Assembly: GCA_964384555.1 (NCBI GenBank)
Contig: CAYLLA010000003.1
Coordinates: forward strand, 3,339 to 67,338
Length of the DNA stretch: 64,000 nucleotides
Direction: 5' to 3'
Source: an uncultured Ruminococcus sp.
GTDB lineage: Bacteria; Bacillota; Clostridia; Oscillospirales; CAG-272
Both the position numbers and the translations under genes were made by a program. The notes below the pieces were generated by a model, which was not told the origin of the DNA, made no database searches, and was given only the letters and a program-made list of their open reading frames with translations. Position 1 is the first letter of the stretch; each line of letters opens with the position of its first letter. This document shows positions 8,297 to 18,367 of the stretch, piece after piece.

Positions 8297-11092
8297 TCAG
8301 CCAACGATAGCGCGGCAACGATCGCAGATAAAGCCATCCTCGGTGTGTTCACCGTGTGTGGAGTAGCACCAGCAACGGTCGCACTTATCGCCATCGGCCG
8401 CCTCAACAAGCACCCAAAGGAGCTTGCCGTCCTCGGGATTGTGTGCATTATCCGGGCCGGCGGCGTTTACAACATGCGCTCCGCTTGTAATGAACACAGT
8501 AGCCAGCTCAGCCTCGGTGAATTTGCCGAGAAGTGCCAAGAATCCGGGTTGCTCTGTAAAGATAGTGACCTTTGCATCAAGCGACTTTCCGATCTTCTTT
8601 TCGGCGCGAGCAAGCTCAAGCGCTTTCATGACATCGTCGCGCAATGCAAAAAGTTCTTCCCACTTTTCTGCACCGTCAAATTCATACTCAGCATTTACCT
8701 CGGGCAGACCGTTAAGGAAAACGCTGGTCTTGTTATCAGCTGCGGAGTGGGGCATTGCCTGCCAGATCTCCTCTGCGGTAAAGGACAGCATGGGAGCTAT
8801 GATTCGATCAAGCGCATTGATTATCCTGTACATCGCACTCTGCGCCGATCTTCTTGCCGCGGAGTCGCTCTTTTCAACATAAACACGATCCTTGGTGATA
8901 TCGATATAGAGTTTGGACATATCTATCGTGCAGAAGTTGTTAACGGCGTGATATACAAGGTGGAATTGGTAGGTATCGTAGCCGTCCCTTGCGGTCTTGA
9001 TCAAAGAATTGAGGCGAGAGAGTGCCCAGCGGTCGATCTCCATAAGCTGATCTACAGGCATGAGGTCTGTATCCGGATCGAAATCGCCAAGGTTAGCCAT
9101 TATGATGCGCGCGGTGTTGCGTATCTTTCTGTAAGCCTCGGAGAGCTGTTTAAAGATATTATCGGATGCGCGAACATCAACGGTATAGTCACTGGATGCT
9201 ACCCACAGGCGGACAAGATCCGCGCCGTATTTCTTTATAACATCATCAGGGGATACGGCATTACCGAGGGATTTGTGCATCTGCTTGCCCTCACCGTCAA
9301 CGACCCAACCGTGCGTGAGTACTGCCTTGTAGGGAGCGCCCTCGCCCTTGGCTGCAACAGCAGTAAGCAGGGAAGACTGGAACCATCCGCGGTACTGATC
9401 CGCGCCCTCAAGGTAAAGGTCTGCCGGCCATTTCAGCTCATCACTGTCATCAAGAACGGAAAAATGAGTTGACCCCGAATCAAACCAACCGTCAAGAGTG
9501 TTTGTCTCCTTGGTAAAGTGGTGGCCGCCGCAGTGCGGGCATACAAAATCATCGCCAAGGATCTGCGCAGGCTCAAGATCGAACCATGCATTTGAACCTT
9601 GCTTTGCAAACACATCGGATACATGTCCTATGCTCTCATCGTTGCATATCGGGCGACCGCAATCACTGCAATAGAAAACAGGAATGGGAAGACCCCAATG
9701 GCGCTGACGTGAGATGCACCAGTCGGCGCGCTCGCGTATCATCTGCACCATACGCTCTCCGCCCCATGCAGGCATCCATTTAACATCGGCACAAGCGGCT
9801 ACAGCGGCATCCTTAAATGCCTCTACCGAGCAGAACCACTGCGGAGTGGCGCGGAAGATGATAGGATTTTTGCATCTCCAGCAGTGAGGATAGGAGTGAA
9901 CTACCTCCTCTGAGGCAAACAGCGCGCCGCTTTCCTTCATATCGGCAAGGATCGCCTCGTTCGACTTTTCGTAATACATACCCGCAAACTTACCGGCTTC
10001 CTCGGTCTGGTAACCGCGGTCATCTACCGGAACGATTATATCTATATCATATTTTTTGCAGGTGTTAAAGTCATCCGCACCAAAGCCGGGAGCCGTGTGA
10101 ACACAGCCTGTACCGCTGTCCATAGTAACGTAATCGGCATTAACGACAACTGATTCACAATCAAGGAAAGGGTGCTGTGCCTTCATAAACTCAAAATCAC
10201 GTCCGGGGGCGGTCATAACGATCTCATACTCGGAGATGCCGCCGGCCCTCATGGTCTTGTCTGCCAGTGCCTCGGCAGTGATATAATAGTTGCCGTCTGC
10301 GGCGTGTATCAGGGCATACTTATCGTCCGGGTGCAGGGCTATGGCAAGGTTGCCGGGCAGTGTCCATGTTGTGGTGGTCCAGATGATAAAATATGTGCGG
10401 GAGAGATCGCAGCACCGTGCCAGGAGGCCGCGGTCATCCGTTACGCGGAACTTAACGTATATAGAGGTACATTTATCGTCCTTGTATTCGATCTCTGCCT
10501 CGGCAAGTGCGGTTTCGTCATGCGGGCACCAGTACACGGGCTTGAGACCCTTGTAGATGTAGCCTTTTTTAAACATCTCGCAGAACACACGCACCTCGCG
10601 TGCCTCAAATTCCGGAGCCATGGTGGTATAGGGATGCTTCCAATCGCCGCTGACACCAAGTCTTATAAACTGATCGCGCTGAACATCAACAAAATGCTGT
10701 GCAAACTCATGGCATGCACTGCGGAACTCGGAGATGGACATTTTTTTGCGGTCGAGCTTGTTTTTCTTAATGATCGCACTTTCTATCGGCATACCATGGT
10801 TATCCCAACCCGGAATATACGGGGCATAAAAGCCCTCCATGGACTTTGACTTGACGATAAAATCCTTTAGGATCTTATTCATGGCCGTGCCCATGTGTAT
10901 GTTGTTGTTGGAGAAGGGAGGGCCATCATGCAAAACAAACTGCTCATGTCCCTCGTTGTTTTTAAGCATGAGTGAGTAAAGATCTATACCTTCCCAATAT
11001 TTGAGCATTTCAGGCTCGCGCTGCGGCAGGTTTGCGCGCATCGCAAAGGAGGTTGAGGGAAGATTTAGCGTGCTGGTGTAATCCTTAGACAT
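8297..11092 (-). CDS. ileS: Isoleucine--tRNA ligase
   Basis: 931 aa. Class I motifs (PPFSNNNIHMGTA = HIGH variant, KMHKSLGN = KMSKS) and a C-terminal Zn-finger CDRCWxY...CxRC. Confidence 0.97.
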   Translation of the reverse strand: MSKDYTSTLNLPSTSFAMRANLPQREPEMLKYWEGIDLYSLMLKNNEGHEQFVLHDGPPFSNNNIHMGTAMNKILKDFIVKSKSMEGFYAPYIPGWDNHGMPIESAIIKKNKLDRKKMSISEFRSACHEFAQHFVDVQRDQFIRLGVSGDWKHPYTTMAPEFEAREVRVFCEMFKKGYIYKGLKPVYWCPHDETALAEAEIEYKDDKCTSIYVKFRVTDDRGLLARCCDLSRTYFIIWTTTTWTLPGNLAIALHPDDKYALIHAADGNYYITAEALADKTMRAGGISEYEIVMTAPGRDFEFMKAQHPFLDCESVVVNADYVTMDSGTGCVHTAPGFGADDFNTCKKYDIDIIVPVDDRGYQTEEAGKFAGMYYEKSNEAILADMKESGALFASEEVVHSYPHCWRCKNPIIFRATPQWFCSVEAFKDAAVAACADVKWMPAWGGERMVQMIRERADWCISRQRHWGLPIPVFYCSDCGRPICNDESIGHVSDVFAKQGSNAWFDLEPAQILGDDFVCPHCGGHHFTKETNTLDGWFDSGSTHFSVLDDSDELKWPADLYLEGADQYRGWFQSSLLTAVAAKGEGAPYKAVLTHGWVVDGEGKQMHKSLGNAVSPDDVIKKYGADLVRLWVASSDYTVDVRASDNIFKQLSEAYRKIRNTARIIMANLGDFDPDTDLMPVDQLMEIDRWALSRLNSLIKTARDGYDTYQFHLVYHAVNNFCTIDMSKLYIDITKDRVYVEKSDSAARRSAQSAMYRIINALDRIIAPMLSFTAEEIWQAMPHSAADNKTSVFLNGLPEVNAEYEFDGAEKWEELFALRDDVMKALELARAEKKIGKSLDAKVTIFTEQPGFLALLGKFTEAELATVFITSGAHVVNAAGPDNAHNPEDGKLLWVLVEAADGDKCDRCWCYSTHGEHTEDGFICDRCRAIVG

Positions 11093-11131
11093 TTTTGGAT
11101 CGTCCTTTCTTGCTGTCTGATAGGAAATGTT

Positions 11132-12340
11132 TTATTTTCTGTTTTCGCCGCTTTTGTTTCCGATCTTTCGGCGAATGGCATCAAGCGTGCTCTTTACGCT
11201 ACCGAAATCCGAGCTTTTATCGCTGTCGCCATCTCCCGCCTTGCTGTCGGTCGTCTGCACTTCCGCGGCGGCAGATGTTGGCTCGCTATCCGAATACATG
11301 GCGGCAAGCATGCTTTTTATATCGTCATCGGTAGGGGAGGGCGGTGTCGCATCGACATCGCCGTTTGATTTGTCTTCGGCAACCGTAACGGTATCTGTGT
11401 CAGCGGCTGCTTTAGGTGTATCCTTATCCGCTTGCGGCTCGTCATCCGCGGATACCGCCATGCCGATAGCCTGTTTTAATGCCCTCAGCATATCACCGTC
11501 ATCCACCTCAACGGATGTTACGGCAACGCCGGCTGCGGCAGGCGGCTCATCATCGGGCGTTGCAGTGTCGGCAGGCGCTTCCGCCGTTGCCGCATCGTCC
11601 ACTGTGTCTTCAAAAAGATTGGGGTCGCCACTCTCCGTCAGCTCATCGTCCTCCGTCAGACTGTCAAGCTCCAAAAGCTCATCCGGCGTTTCATCGTCAT
11701 CGGTCGCGGCTGTGGTCTCGGGCTCCGATACGGATCCGCAGACCGGTTCAGGTACCGGTCCTGCATCAACTGTCAAATCAGTTGTGGTGATGCCTGCCGC
11801 GGGAGAAGGCTCCGGTGTCTTTGCTGTTTCGTCCGCGTTTTCGGCATCATCCGAGGGAGAGCTTGGTGCAATTGGCGGCTCTGATACATTCAGAAGTGCC
11901 ACGCGCCGATCAAACTCGCGGCATATATCGTCCGAGCGCTCGGCAAGATCCGCGCAAAGCTGTTCAGCACGTTCTGTCAGCAGCGCCAGCCTTTCGGCGG
12001 CGTCGGATAATTTTTTATCATTTGCGGTCACCGCAACACTGACCTCGGCAAGCTTTTTATCAAGGCGTTCGGCCTCGGCAGTCAATCGCCTGTTGGCGGA
12101 TGTAAGCTCGTGGACCGAAATATCCAGCCTTGCATTTTCATCCTCAAGAGTTTTTGCCTTTGCCGACAACTCATCGGCGCGCCGCTCGGCCGCCTGCATC
12201 TTTGCGGTAAGAGCAGTATTTTCTGCGTGCATTCTTGAAATACAAGCAACAAGATCGGAGATGGCACGATCGGCATTTTCGGCAATATAGCGATCTCCGC
12301 TTAATGAATATTTTGTTTTTAATGACTCGGGAATCGGCAT
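11132..12340 (-). CDS. divIVA: DivIVA-domain cell-division protein with a long acidic low-complexity C-terminus
   Basis: MPIPESLKTKYSLSGDRY...ISDLV N-terminus followed by coiled-coil heptads. It sits between yggT and ileS, the classic Firmicute gene order. GGGGAGG RBS precedes the ATG at 12340; the track ORF starts 5 codons upstream, inside the RBS. Confidence 0.65.
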   Translation of the reverse strand: MPIPESLKTKYSLSGDRYIAENADRAISDLVACISRMHAENTALTAKMQAAERRADELSAKAKTLEDENARLDISVHELTSANRRLTAEAERLDKKLAEVSVAVTANDKKLSDAAERLALLTERAEQLCADLAERSDDICREFDRRVALLNVSEPPIAPSSPSDDAENADETAKTPEPSPAAGITTTDLTVDAGPVPEPVCGSVSEPETTAATDDDETPDELLELDSLTEDDELTESGDPNLFEDTVDDAATAEAPADTATPDDEPPAAAGVAVTSVEVDDGDMLRALKQAIGMAVSADDEPQADKDTPKAAADTDTVTVAEDKSNGDVDATPPSPTDDDIKSMLAAMYSDSEPTSAAAEVQTTDSKAGDGDSDKSSDFGSVKSTLDAIRRKIGNKSGENRK

Positions 12341-12374
12341 GGCAGACCTCCCCATTATTATTTACCACCAAGCA

Positions 12375-12659
12375 TCAGCCAAGCGGTATGAAAGAAAGCG
12401 CACTCTGCACCAGCATCACGAGCATGGCTGAACAAAAAAATGACACATCGATGGGTATATTTTGAAACCAGTTCATGCGCTCAAACAGTGTGCGAAGCGG
12501 AAAGACGAACGGCTCGGTCACAGTATAAACGAGCACATAAAAGATATTGTCCTCATCCGCCATAAATAATGACATTACGGAACGCGCAAGCATTGCAAAT
12601 ATCACAAAGCTCAGCGCAATGTCAACAAATTTAACTATAAGGTATAAAAGCAGTTCCAA
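12375..12659 (-). CDS. yggT: YggT-family membrane protein
   Basis: 94 aa with two or three TM helices, lying between sepF and divIVA. TTG start. Confidence 0.75.
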   Translation of the reverse strand: MELLLYLIVKFVDIALSFVIFAMLARSVMSLFMADEDNIFYVLVYTVTEPFVFPLRTLFERMNWFQNIPIDVSFFCSAMLVMLVQSALSFIPLG

Positions 12660-12811
12660 GATAATTAGTACTCCGCGCGAAAGATGCCTGACACCGCGGC
12701 AGCCGGTTTACGGGTAACGATCGATGACGATCGAAATATCGAGATTAAGAATCATCATCGATAAGACCGGCCGCGCCGAGAATCGATCACGGCGCGGCAA
12801 ACGGGACCGTA

Positions 12812-13300
12812 TCAGCCGGGGAATGTGTCGTTTGCGGCAGCTGTATCAGCCTCGGCGCGACGTCCCTCCTCGGATATCTCCATGTTTTCGGGAGCAAGCA
12901 TGTAGGTATTGGCGGCAACTCTCTTGATCTGTCCGCCAAGGGCGTAGGAAACGCCGGTAAGGAAGTAGATAAGATTTGAGGCAGTCTCTTTGTTGGCGGC
13001 CTCAAGGTTCAATACAACAGCACATCTGTTGATAAGGAAATCCGCAATGGCGGGTGCCTCTTTGTAGCTTGTGGGCTTAATGAGCTTCATGGCAAAGGCG
13101 GAACCGGATGCCATGGAAGATGCAGCATAGGATGAGGTGGGGCGCTTGGTAGTTTCCTCGATGTTGTAATCATCCTTTTCGGCAGAGCTGAAAGCGCTCT
13201 CATCGGGATGTGTCATTTCGCCGGAATAGTAATCGCTATCGTATGCGGCGTCGTATTCAGATTCGAAATCGTTTTTAGATTTTCTTGAAAAAAAGCTCAT
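12812..13300 (-). CDS. sepF: Cell division protein SepF
   Basis: C-terminal core KPTSYKEAPAIADFLINRCAVVLNLE...IYFLTGVSYALGGQIKRV. GGAGGA RBS precedes the ATG at 13300. Confidence 0.9.
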   Translation of the reverse strand: MSFFSRKSKNDFESEYDAAYDSDYYSGEMTHPDESAFSSAEKDDYNIEETTKRPTSSYAASSMASGSAFAMKLIKPTSYKEAPAIADFLINRCAVVLNLEAANKETASNLIYFLTGVSYALGGQIKRVAANTYMLAPENMEISEEGRRAEADTAAANDTFPG

Positions 13301-13364
13301 GGTGATCCTCCGTTTATTCAACATGTTTTGAAAATATTTTTTTATTTATATAATGGGGAGCAAG

Positions 13365-14075
13365 TCAGCGACCGAAAAAGGCGCGACCTATGCGCACGCA
13401 GTTTGCGCCGCATTCGATAGCCGTCTCGTAGCTGTCACTCATGCCCATCGAAATGATAGGCTCCCTTATATTATGAAGTTTTTCGTGCCAAATGTCAAGC
13501 ATAAAGTGATAAGTTTCTGAAAAATAATTTGAATAATCGCTCTTTTTATCGAATTTTGGCCCCATTGTCATAAAACCGACCTGTTCAATGTGCGGCATTT
13601 TTGCAATTGCCGCACAAAAATCAGCGGCCGCATCCGGCATTATTCCGCTCTTATCCGGCTCTCGCGCTCCGTTTATCTCAACTAAAACGCGGGAGATGAT
13701 ATCACGCGCCGCGGACTGCTTTTCTATCTCTTCGGCCAGCCGCAGGGAATCAAGCGAATGAATAAGCACCACTCGCCCCACAAGTGCTTTGACCTTGTTG
13801 GTCTGCAGATGTCCTATAAAGTGAAATCGTATGCGGTCGCGCTCCTCGGGCGTTAACAGCTCCTCGTGTTTTATCAGCTGTTGAACTCGATTCTCGGCAA
13901 TGTCAATAACGCCGCATTGGCGAACAAGGTGCAAAAACTCATCGTCGTCTGCATACTTCACGGCCGCCGCAACAGTGATATCTCGGTCACCGCCGCGCTT
14001 TTGCGATGCCTCAACCACTCGGTGCATTATGGTGTTAACAGAACGGTCGATATAAGAATGATCCTCCATATCCAT
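13365..14075 (-). CDS. yggS: YggS/YlmE-family PLP-binding protein
   Basis: FHFIGHLQTNKVK, HSLDS and MGMSDSYE motifs. Confidence 0.9.
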   Translation of the reverse strand: MDMEDHSYIDRSVNTIMHRVVEASQKRGGDRDITVAAAVKYADDDEFLHLVRQCGVIDIAENRVQQLIKHEELLTPEERDRIRFHFIGHLQTNKVKALVGRVVLIHSLDSLRLAEEIEKQSAARDIISRVLVEINGAREPDKSGIMPDAAADFCAAIAKMPHIEQVGFMTMGPKFDKKSDYSNYFSETYHFMLDIWHEKLHNIREPIISMGMSDSYETAIECGANCVRIGRAFFGR

Positions 14076-14148
14076 GCCTCACATTTATTTTTTATTTATG
14101 ATCTCATTTGATCTTATTCAGAGACCGGTGAAAATGATATTTGCTCGA

Positions 14149-15705
14149 TCAGCTCAAGTATTTACCGTCATAAAGATTTTTGCCCGTGAGGATGATATCC
14201 TCCAGCTCATCAAGGTAGTAATAATGATCCTCTTTTGAGCCGTATTTTATTGCCTCTCCGCCGTTATCGTATATTCGGCGCTCCCATCCGCGGCTCTTTG
14301 CAAAAAGGTGGAGAGACTTATATTCACCTATATAGCCGTTTGAATTAAAGCCAAGCACCCGATAGGTCGGCGTGCGATCGTTATCGACCACTGAATACTC
14401 CGCGGCTATGCAATAGTCATCATTTTGGTATATGATGTCTATCCTGCGAAAGCTCACTCTGCCGCCGCTGAGCGTATAAACGCCTGTCATTCCTTGATAA
14501 GCGCGCACAGCACTTATCGGTATCCTGTAGCCGCTCAAGACCTCGCGCTCTATCCTTACTTGCTGTACCCGCTGATAGTTAAAGCCCTCCGGCATTACAC
14601 GAGTGGAGAACAAAAGCAGCCATCCGCCGGTCCGCTCGTCATCAGTGATCGATTCAAGCGTCATCAAAACACTCGTGCCACCGTTGTTTTCAAATATTAT
14701 GTTATATTCCTCACCAACGGTGTAGTCTCCGCCGCTGTGCCTTTCAACACCCACGGCGATATACCACTGCGAGCCTTCAACGATCTTTCCTACAGCTCCG
14801 GAGGGGGTAATGGGCGAGGCATCCAGTGCCTCATAAAAAGCATCGCACGTGAATCCGTCTATAAGCGCACCGTCAAAGATCCCCTCGTAGCCATCGCAAT
14901 ATCTGAAATAGTATCCGGAGCATGGCGCGCTCACGCTGTCAAGTTGGTTACCGCAGATCAAATAGAGGCGAGAAAGCTCAGCATTCATTGCCGTGATGGC
15001 ATTCTCGATATTATTATCCTGCCCGCGGTAGGCATCGTATCTTATAAGCAGTCGGCGAAGTTCGTCGGACATACCCGCGGCACTGTTGTAATCGGATTCC
15101 GATATGCTCTGCATCAGCTCTCCCCAAGTATCGGAGAGCGCGGAGCTGACATTAAGAATATTCTCGGATGCTTGCGCTTTTTTTAGCGCCGAGCGAAGCA
15201 GGGAGATCTCCCCCTCGAGCTTGGCAATACGTCCAAGCGTTTCCGCATCCTCGGCGGGGTATATATATGCGGCGTCTTCACCCATGGAGGCAAGCTCGCC
15301 ATCCGCCAAAAGATATCTCATCGCACCGCCTGCGTTTTGCGAAACGAGCACCCGCTCGCGCTTCATTAAATACGCTGTGGCAGATGTATACTCGGATTCT
15401 CGTGTCAGCACGGCCGGGGTCGTTGTAACGGTCGGGGTCATATCCCCGATCAGCTGAATGACTATATATACAGCAAATCCCACCGCCGCCAGCGCAACGA
15501 ATATGTGTGTCATGGCGGTAAGAAAATAATGCGTATCGAATATCGGCCCCCGTTTTTTCCTTTCCGCCACATGTACCATCGGGATGCCCGGTGTGCGGCG
15601 GCGGAGAGCCGGCAACTCGTCATACTCGTCCTGCTTTTGTCGAGGCGGCTTTTGAGATGAGTCAGCGCTCGGAACCACTTGCAGATCCTTTTTGTTTTCC
15701 TCCAT
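14149..15705 (-). CDS. Uncharacterised single-pass membrane protein (coiled-coil plus beta-rich C-terminal region; possibly HlyD-like)
   Basis: One TM helix (IFVALAAVGFAVYIVIQLI), a predicted coiled-coil segment, and a long Gly/Tyr-rich C-terminus. AAAGGAG RBS precedes the ATG at 15705. The family assignment is a guess. Confidence 0.5.
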   Translation of the reverse strand: MEENKKDLQVVPSADSSQKPPRQKQDEYDELPALRRRTPGIPMVHVAERKKRGPIFDTHYFLTAMTHIFVALAAVGFAVYIVIQLIGDMTPTVTTTPAVLTRESEYTSATAYLMKRERVLVSQNAGGAMRYLLADGELASMGEDAAYIYPAEDAETLGRIAKLEGEISLLRSALKKAQASENILNVSSALSDTWGELMQSISESDYNSAAGMSDELRRLLIRYDAYRGQDNNIENAITAMNAELSRLYLICGNQLDSVSAPCSGYYFRYCDGYEGIFDGALIDGFTCDAFYEALDASPITPSGAVGKIVEGSQWYIAVGVERHSGGDYTVGEEYNIIFENNGGTSVLMTLESITDDERTGGWLLLFSTRVMPEGFNYQRVQQVRIEREVLSGYRIPISAVRAYQGMTGVYTLSGGRVSFRRIDIIYQNDDYCIAAEYSVVDNDRTPTYRVLGFNSNGYIGEYKSLHLFAKSRGWERRIYDNGGEAIKYGSKEDHYYYLDELEDIILTGKNLYDGKYLS

Positions 15706-15775
15706 CCGAGCCGCTCCTTTCATATCATACATGCCCGCTCATACATGCTCGTGACTGATCAAGAGAACGATCGCA

Positions 15776-16810
15776 TCACTTGTTCAAAAAATCGTTGATA
15801 AGCTCCAGCGCCGCGACATCCGGGGCAGGGGAGTCCTCGGTAATATCGATCCAGCGGATGTAAGGCTTGGCCGAAAACCATGTCATTTGGCGCTTGGCGT
15901 AGCGGCAGGTAGCTGTAATTATATCATCACGAGCTGACTCGGGCGCCTCGCCGCCCTCAAGCGCCGCTATCATCTCTTTGTAGCCTATGGCTTGCGCGGC
16001 AGTTGACGGTGCACCGCTCCCCGCGCATTCAAATGCGCCATCGGCCATTAAACGTCGCACCTCGTCGCCGAGTCCGGCATCAAGCATCTCGTCCACGCGC
16101 TGTGAAATTCTTTGCCGCAGCAGTGAACGATCGGGATACCGCAAGCCTATAACGAGCGCATCAAACTTTTGATCAGCCGCGCACTCGCGCGACCTTCTGT
16201 CAAGCTCACTTTTCGGGATCCCGCTCTCGCGGTATATCTCAATGGCACGTATCACGCGCCGCACATTGTTTTTGTGTATTGCCTCTGCGGATATCGGATC
16301 CACCTCGCGCAGCATCTCGTGCAGTCGCTCGCGCCCATCGGGTGCGGCGGCTATCGCCTCAAGCTCGGTGCGGATATCGGTTCTGCCGCTTGTAGCGGAA
16401 TATGCCCGCGGCATAAGCAGACTTTCAAGATAAAGCCCCGTACCGCCGCAAAGGATCGGTAAACTGCCGCCCTGCGCTGTTTCGCGTATAGCTGCTTCTG
16501 CATCGCGAACGTAATCGGCGCAGGAATACGCCATTTGCGGCGAGACTATATCAAACATTCGGTGCGGTACGATCCTCATATCCTCCGCCGTCGGCTTTGC
16601 CGTGCCAATATCCATGCCGCGGTATATCTGCATCGAGTCACAACAGATTATACTGCCGCCCAGCTTTTGTGCCAACCGCATTGCAAGACTGCTCTTGCCG
16701 GAGGCGGTTGGCCCTACAATAGCAATGATCTTTGTTTTGGGTGCCGCCGCAGAGCTTTTATCTATATCTATGTTTTGATCTTTATCGTTCATTTTTAAAT
16801 TAAAAGTCAA
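15776..16810 (-). CDS. miaA: tRNA dimethylallyltransferase
   Basis: P-loop IVGPTASGKS, then DSMQIYRGMDIGTAKPT. A TTG start overlaps the upstream stop (TTGA); an alternative ATG lies at 16792. Confidence 0.92.
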   Translation of the reverse strand: MTFNLKMNDKDQNIDIDKSSAAAPKTKIIAIVGPTASGKSSLAMRLAQKLGGSIICCDSMQIYRGMDIGTAKPTAEDMRIVPHRMFDIVSPQMAYSCADYVRDAEAAIRETAQGGSLPILCGGTGLYLESLLMPRAYSATSGRTDIRTELEAIAAAPDGRERLHEMLREVDPISAEAIHKNNVRRVIRAIEIYRESGIPKSELDRRSRECAADQKFDALVIGLRYPDRSLLRQRISQRVDEMLDAGLGDEVRRLMADGAFECAGSGAPSTAAQAIGYKEMIAALEGGEAPESARDDIITATCRYAKRQMTWFSAKPYIRWIDITEDSPAPDVAALELINDFLNK

Positions 16811-17847
16811 AATGGGATCCTGGCAGCTTCGGTAAACGCCATGCGCGTAAGAGCATCGCCGCTTTTTCTCTTTTTGGGTAGGGAGATAAGATCCACAGGT
16901 ATCTGCGGAGCATCATCGGCGGTATAAATGCTGAACTTAGGATCATCCGAAAGATCATTGCCGCCCGCACCATGCGTTATCAGTGAACGATACGGCTCGC
17001 CAAACGCACACAGCATGCCGCATTCGCGCGGGATGCCTTGCCACCACCACGCGGCCACACCTTGCTTGTCCGATGGTACTACCTGTGCAAAGAATCCATC
17101 AAACAGCCGCATCATGCCGTAAAGAAGCCTTCGCAGTGCAAATTGCCATTCGGGATATTCCCAAACATCCTCCGGCATCGTAAGTGCAACGCGAGATACC
17201 CGCCTGCCGTCATTTTTCGCAGGGCGAGTGGCATCACTTATCAAAACATGCGTTACCGGAAAGCTCCCCAGCCACACAGGCGCACTGTCTTTTTTCAAAT
17301 GATCCAAAAAATGCTCCATGCCTTGCTCCGAAAGCTCAAACGCGGCATCTGTTCCGCTGCCGTATTTTCGCGGCAGTGCAAAAGGCAGATATTTATCAAG
17401 CAGCGCAACAAACTCATCCGCGTACGCCGCAAACGGCGCGTGCGGGAGATAATAGCACGCAAGGGTAATCATTGGCGTGTATTGCGAGGGTGGGGAATAG
17501 ATAAACCGTTCCGCCCCCTCACCGACATGCACGTCTCCGCTTTGCAGATCCATCGAGACCCCACCTGCGGCATTAGCCAGCTCTCCGGCAAACCTCGCGG
17601 CGGACTTAAAGGATATATCCTCCGGCGATACCTCGCGCGCCAAACGGATATGTGTAACATAGCTCAGACCGCGCACGGCAAAAAATGCACGCGCGGGAAT
17701 ATCGGCGCACTCTATCGCCACGGAATGATCCATCAGCAGTTCGTTATCTATGAGTCGCGGCGGGCGCAATGCCCTCTCGACTGCGGAATTATCGCTTGCC
17801 ATGACCCATGGATCAAGTGGTGTGTATATATCGATCTCGTGAGCCAT
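16807..17847 (-). CDS. Hypothetical protein (346 aa, no recognisable family)
   Basis: GGAGG RBS 5 nt upstream of the ATG at 17847. Protein-like composition, whereas the antisense ORF 17038..17958 is Arg/Lys-rich junk. The stop overlaps the miaA start. Confidence 0.7.
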   Translation of the reverse strand: MAHEIDIYTPLDPWVMASDNSAVERALRPPRLIDNELLMDHSVAIECADIPARAFFAVRGLSYVTHIRLAREVSPEDISFKSAARFAGELANAAGGVSMDLQSGDVHVGEGAERFIYSPPSQYTPMITLACYYLPHAPFAAYADEFVALLDKYLPFALPRKYGSGTDAAFELSEQGMEHFLDHLKKDSAPVWLGSFPVTHVLISDATRPAKNDGRRVSRVALTMPEDVWEYPEWQFALRRLLYGMMRLFDGFFAQVVPSDKQGVAAWWWQGIPRECGMLCAFGEPYRSLITHGAGGNDLSDDPKFSIYTADDAPQIPVDLISLPKKRKSGDALTRMAFTEAARIPF

Positions 17848-18068
17848 ATCAGCCTCCAAGTAAAAATAAATATTTATAATATATTATACCATAAAAAGAG
17901 CACGCATGCAATACCAAAGGCAAAAAAATGTCAGATAAATATAGAAAAAGATCAATAGATGAAGATAAAAACACGCCGCTGGCGGCGGAGATGATGACCG
18001 AACGGCACCGCACACCATCGCAAACAAAGCTTTTTTGCTCATTCATTTGATTTTTTTGAAAAAAGGAC

Positions 18069-18097
18069 TTGAAAAAGCTTCAAAGATGTGATATAAT
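18069..18097 (+). promoter_or_regulatory. Sigma-70-type promoter for tRNA-Ser
   Basis: TTGAAA, 17-nt spacer, TATAAT with TGn extended -10 (GTGATATAAT), about 45 nt upstream of the tRNA 5' end. Confidence 0.7.
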
Positions 18098-18147
18098 AAG
18101 CAACGTTGAGCACGAATGCCTATTGCACCGCGCCAACACAACAATAC

Positions 18148-18236
18148 GGAGAGATATCGAAGTGGTCATAACGGGGCTGACTCGAAATCAGTTTGGGAGC
18201 AATCCCACGTGGGTTCGAATCCCACTCTCTCCGCCA
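18148..18236 (+). tRNA. tRNA-Ser (anticodon CGA), CCA encoded
   Basis: Hand-folded cloverleaf. Acceptor GGAGAGA/TCTCTCC, anticodon stem GCTGA/TCAGT with loop CTCGAAA, long variable arm (type II), T-arm GTGGG-TTCGAAT-CCCAC, discriminator G plus CCA. Confidence 0.9.
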
Positions 18237-18241
18237 ATATT

Positions 18242-18272
18242 AAAGGGGCAGCTACGCTGCCCCTTTAATATT
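18242..18272 (+). terminator. Intrinsic terminator after tRNA-Ser
   Basis: GGGGCAGC-TAC-GCTGCCCC stem followed by TTTAATATT. Confidence 0.7.
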
Positions 18273-18367
18273 GTATGATTGAAAATTTGACCCCACCGCA
18301 AATGCTTTGCATTTGCAAGCTTGGCGCCAAGGTGACGAAAGAGATCTGCGGTCCATACGCGCAAAGC

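Noticed and set aside
8249-9472. A 407-aa ORF on the plus strand opposite ileS. Similar long antisense ORFs occur at 14425..15186, 17038..17958, 32698..33579, 41647..42567 and 52472..53491.
   Set aside because: Each lies fully inside, and antisense to, a gene with unmistakable family motifs. Their products are Arg/Cys/His-rich or low-complexity and have no RBS. These are the stop-poor antisense frames typical of GC-rich coding DNA.
11127-12290. A 387-aa Ser/Ala-rich ORF on the plus strand.
   Set aside because: It is the mirror image of the acidic, Ala/Asp/Glu/Thr-rich low-complexity tail of the DivIVA-like gene on the minus strand. That gene has the RBS, the DivIVA N-terminus and the conserved gene order.
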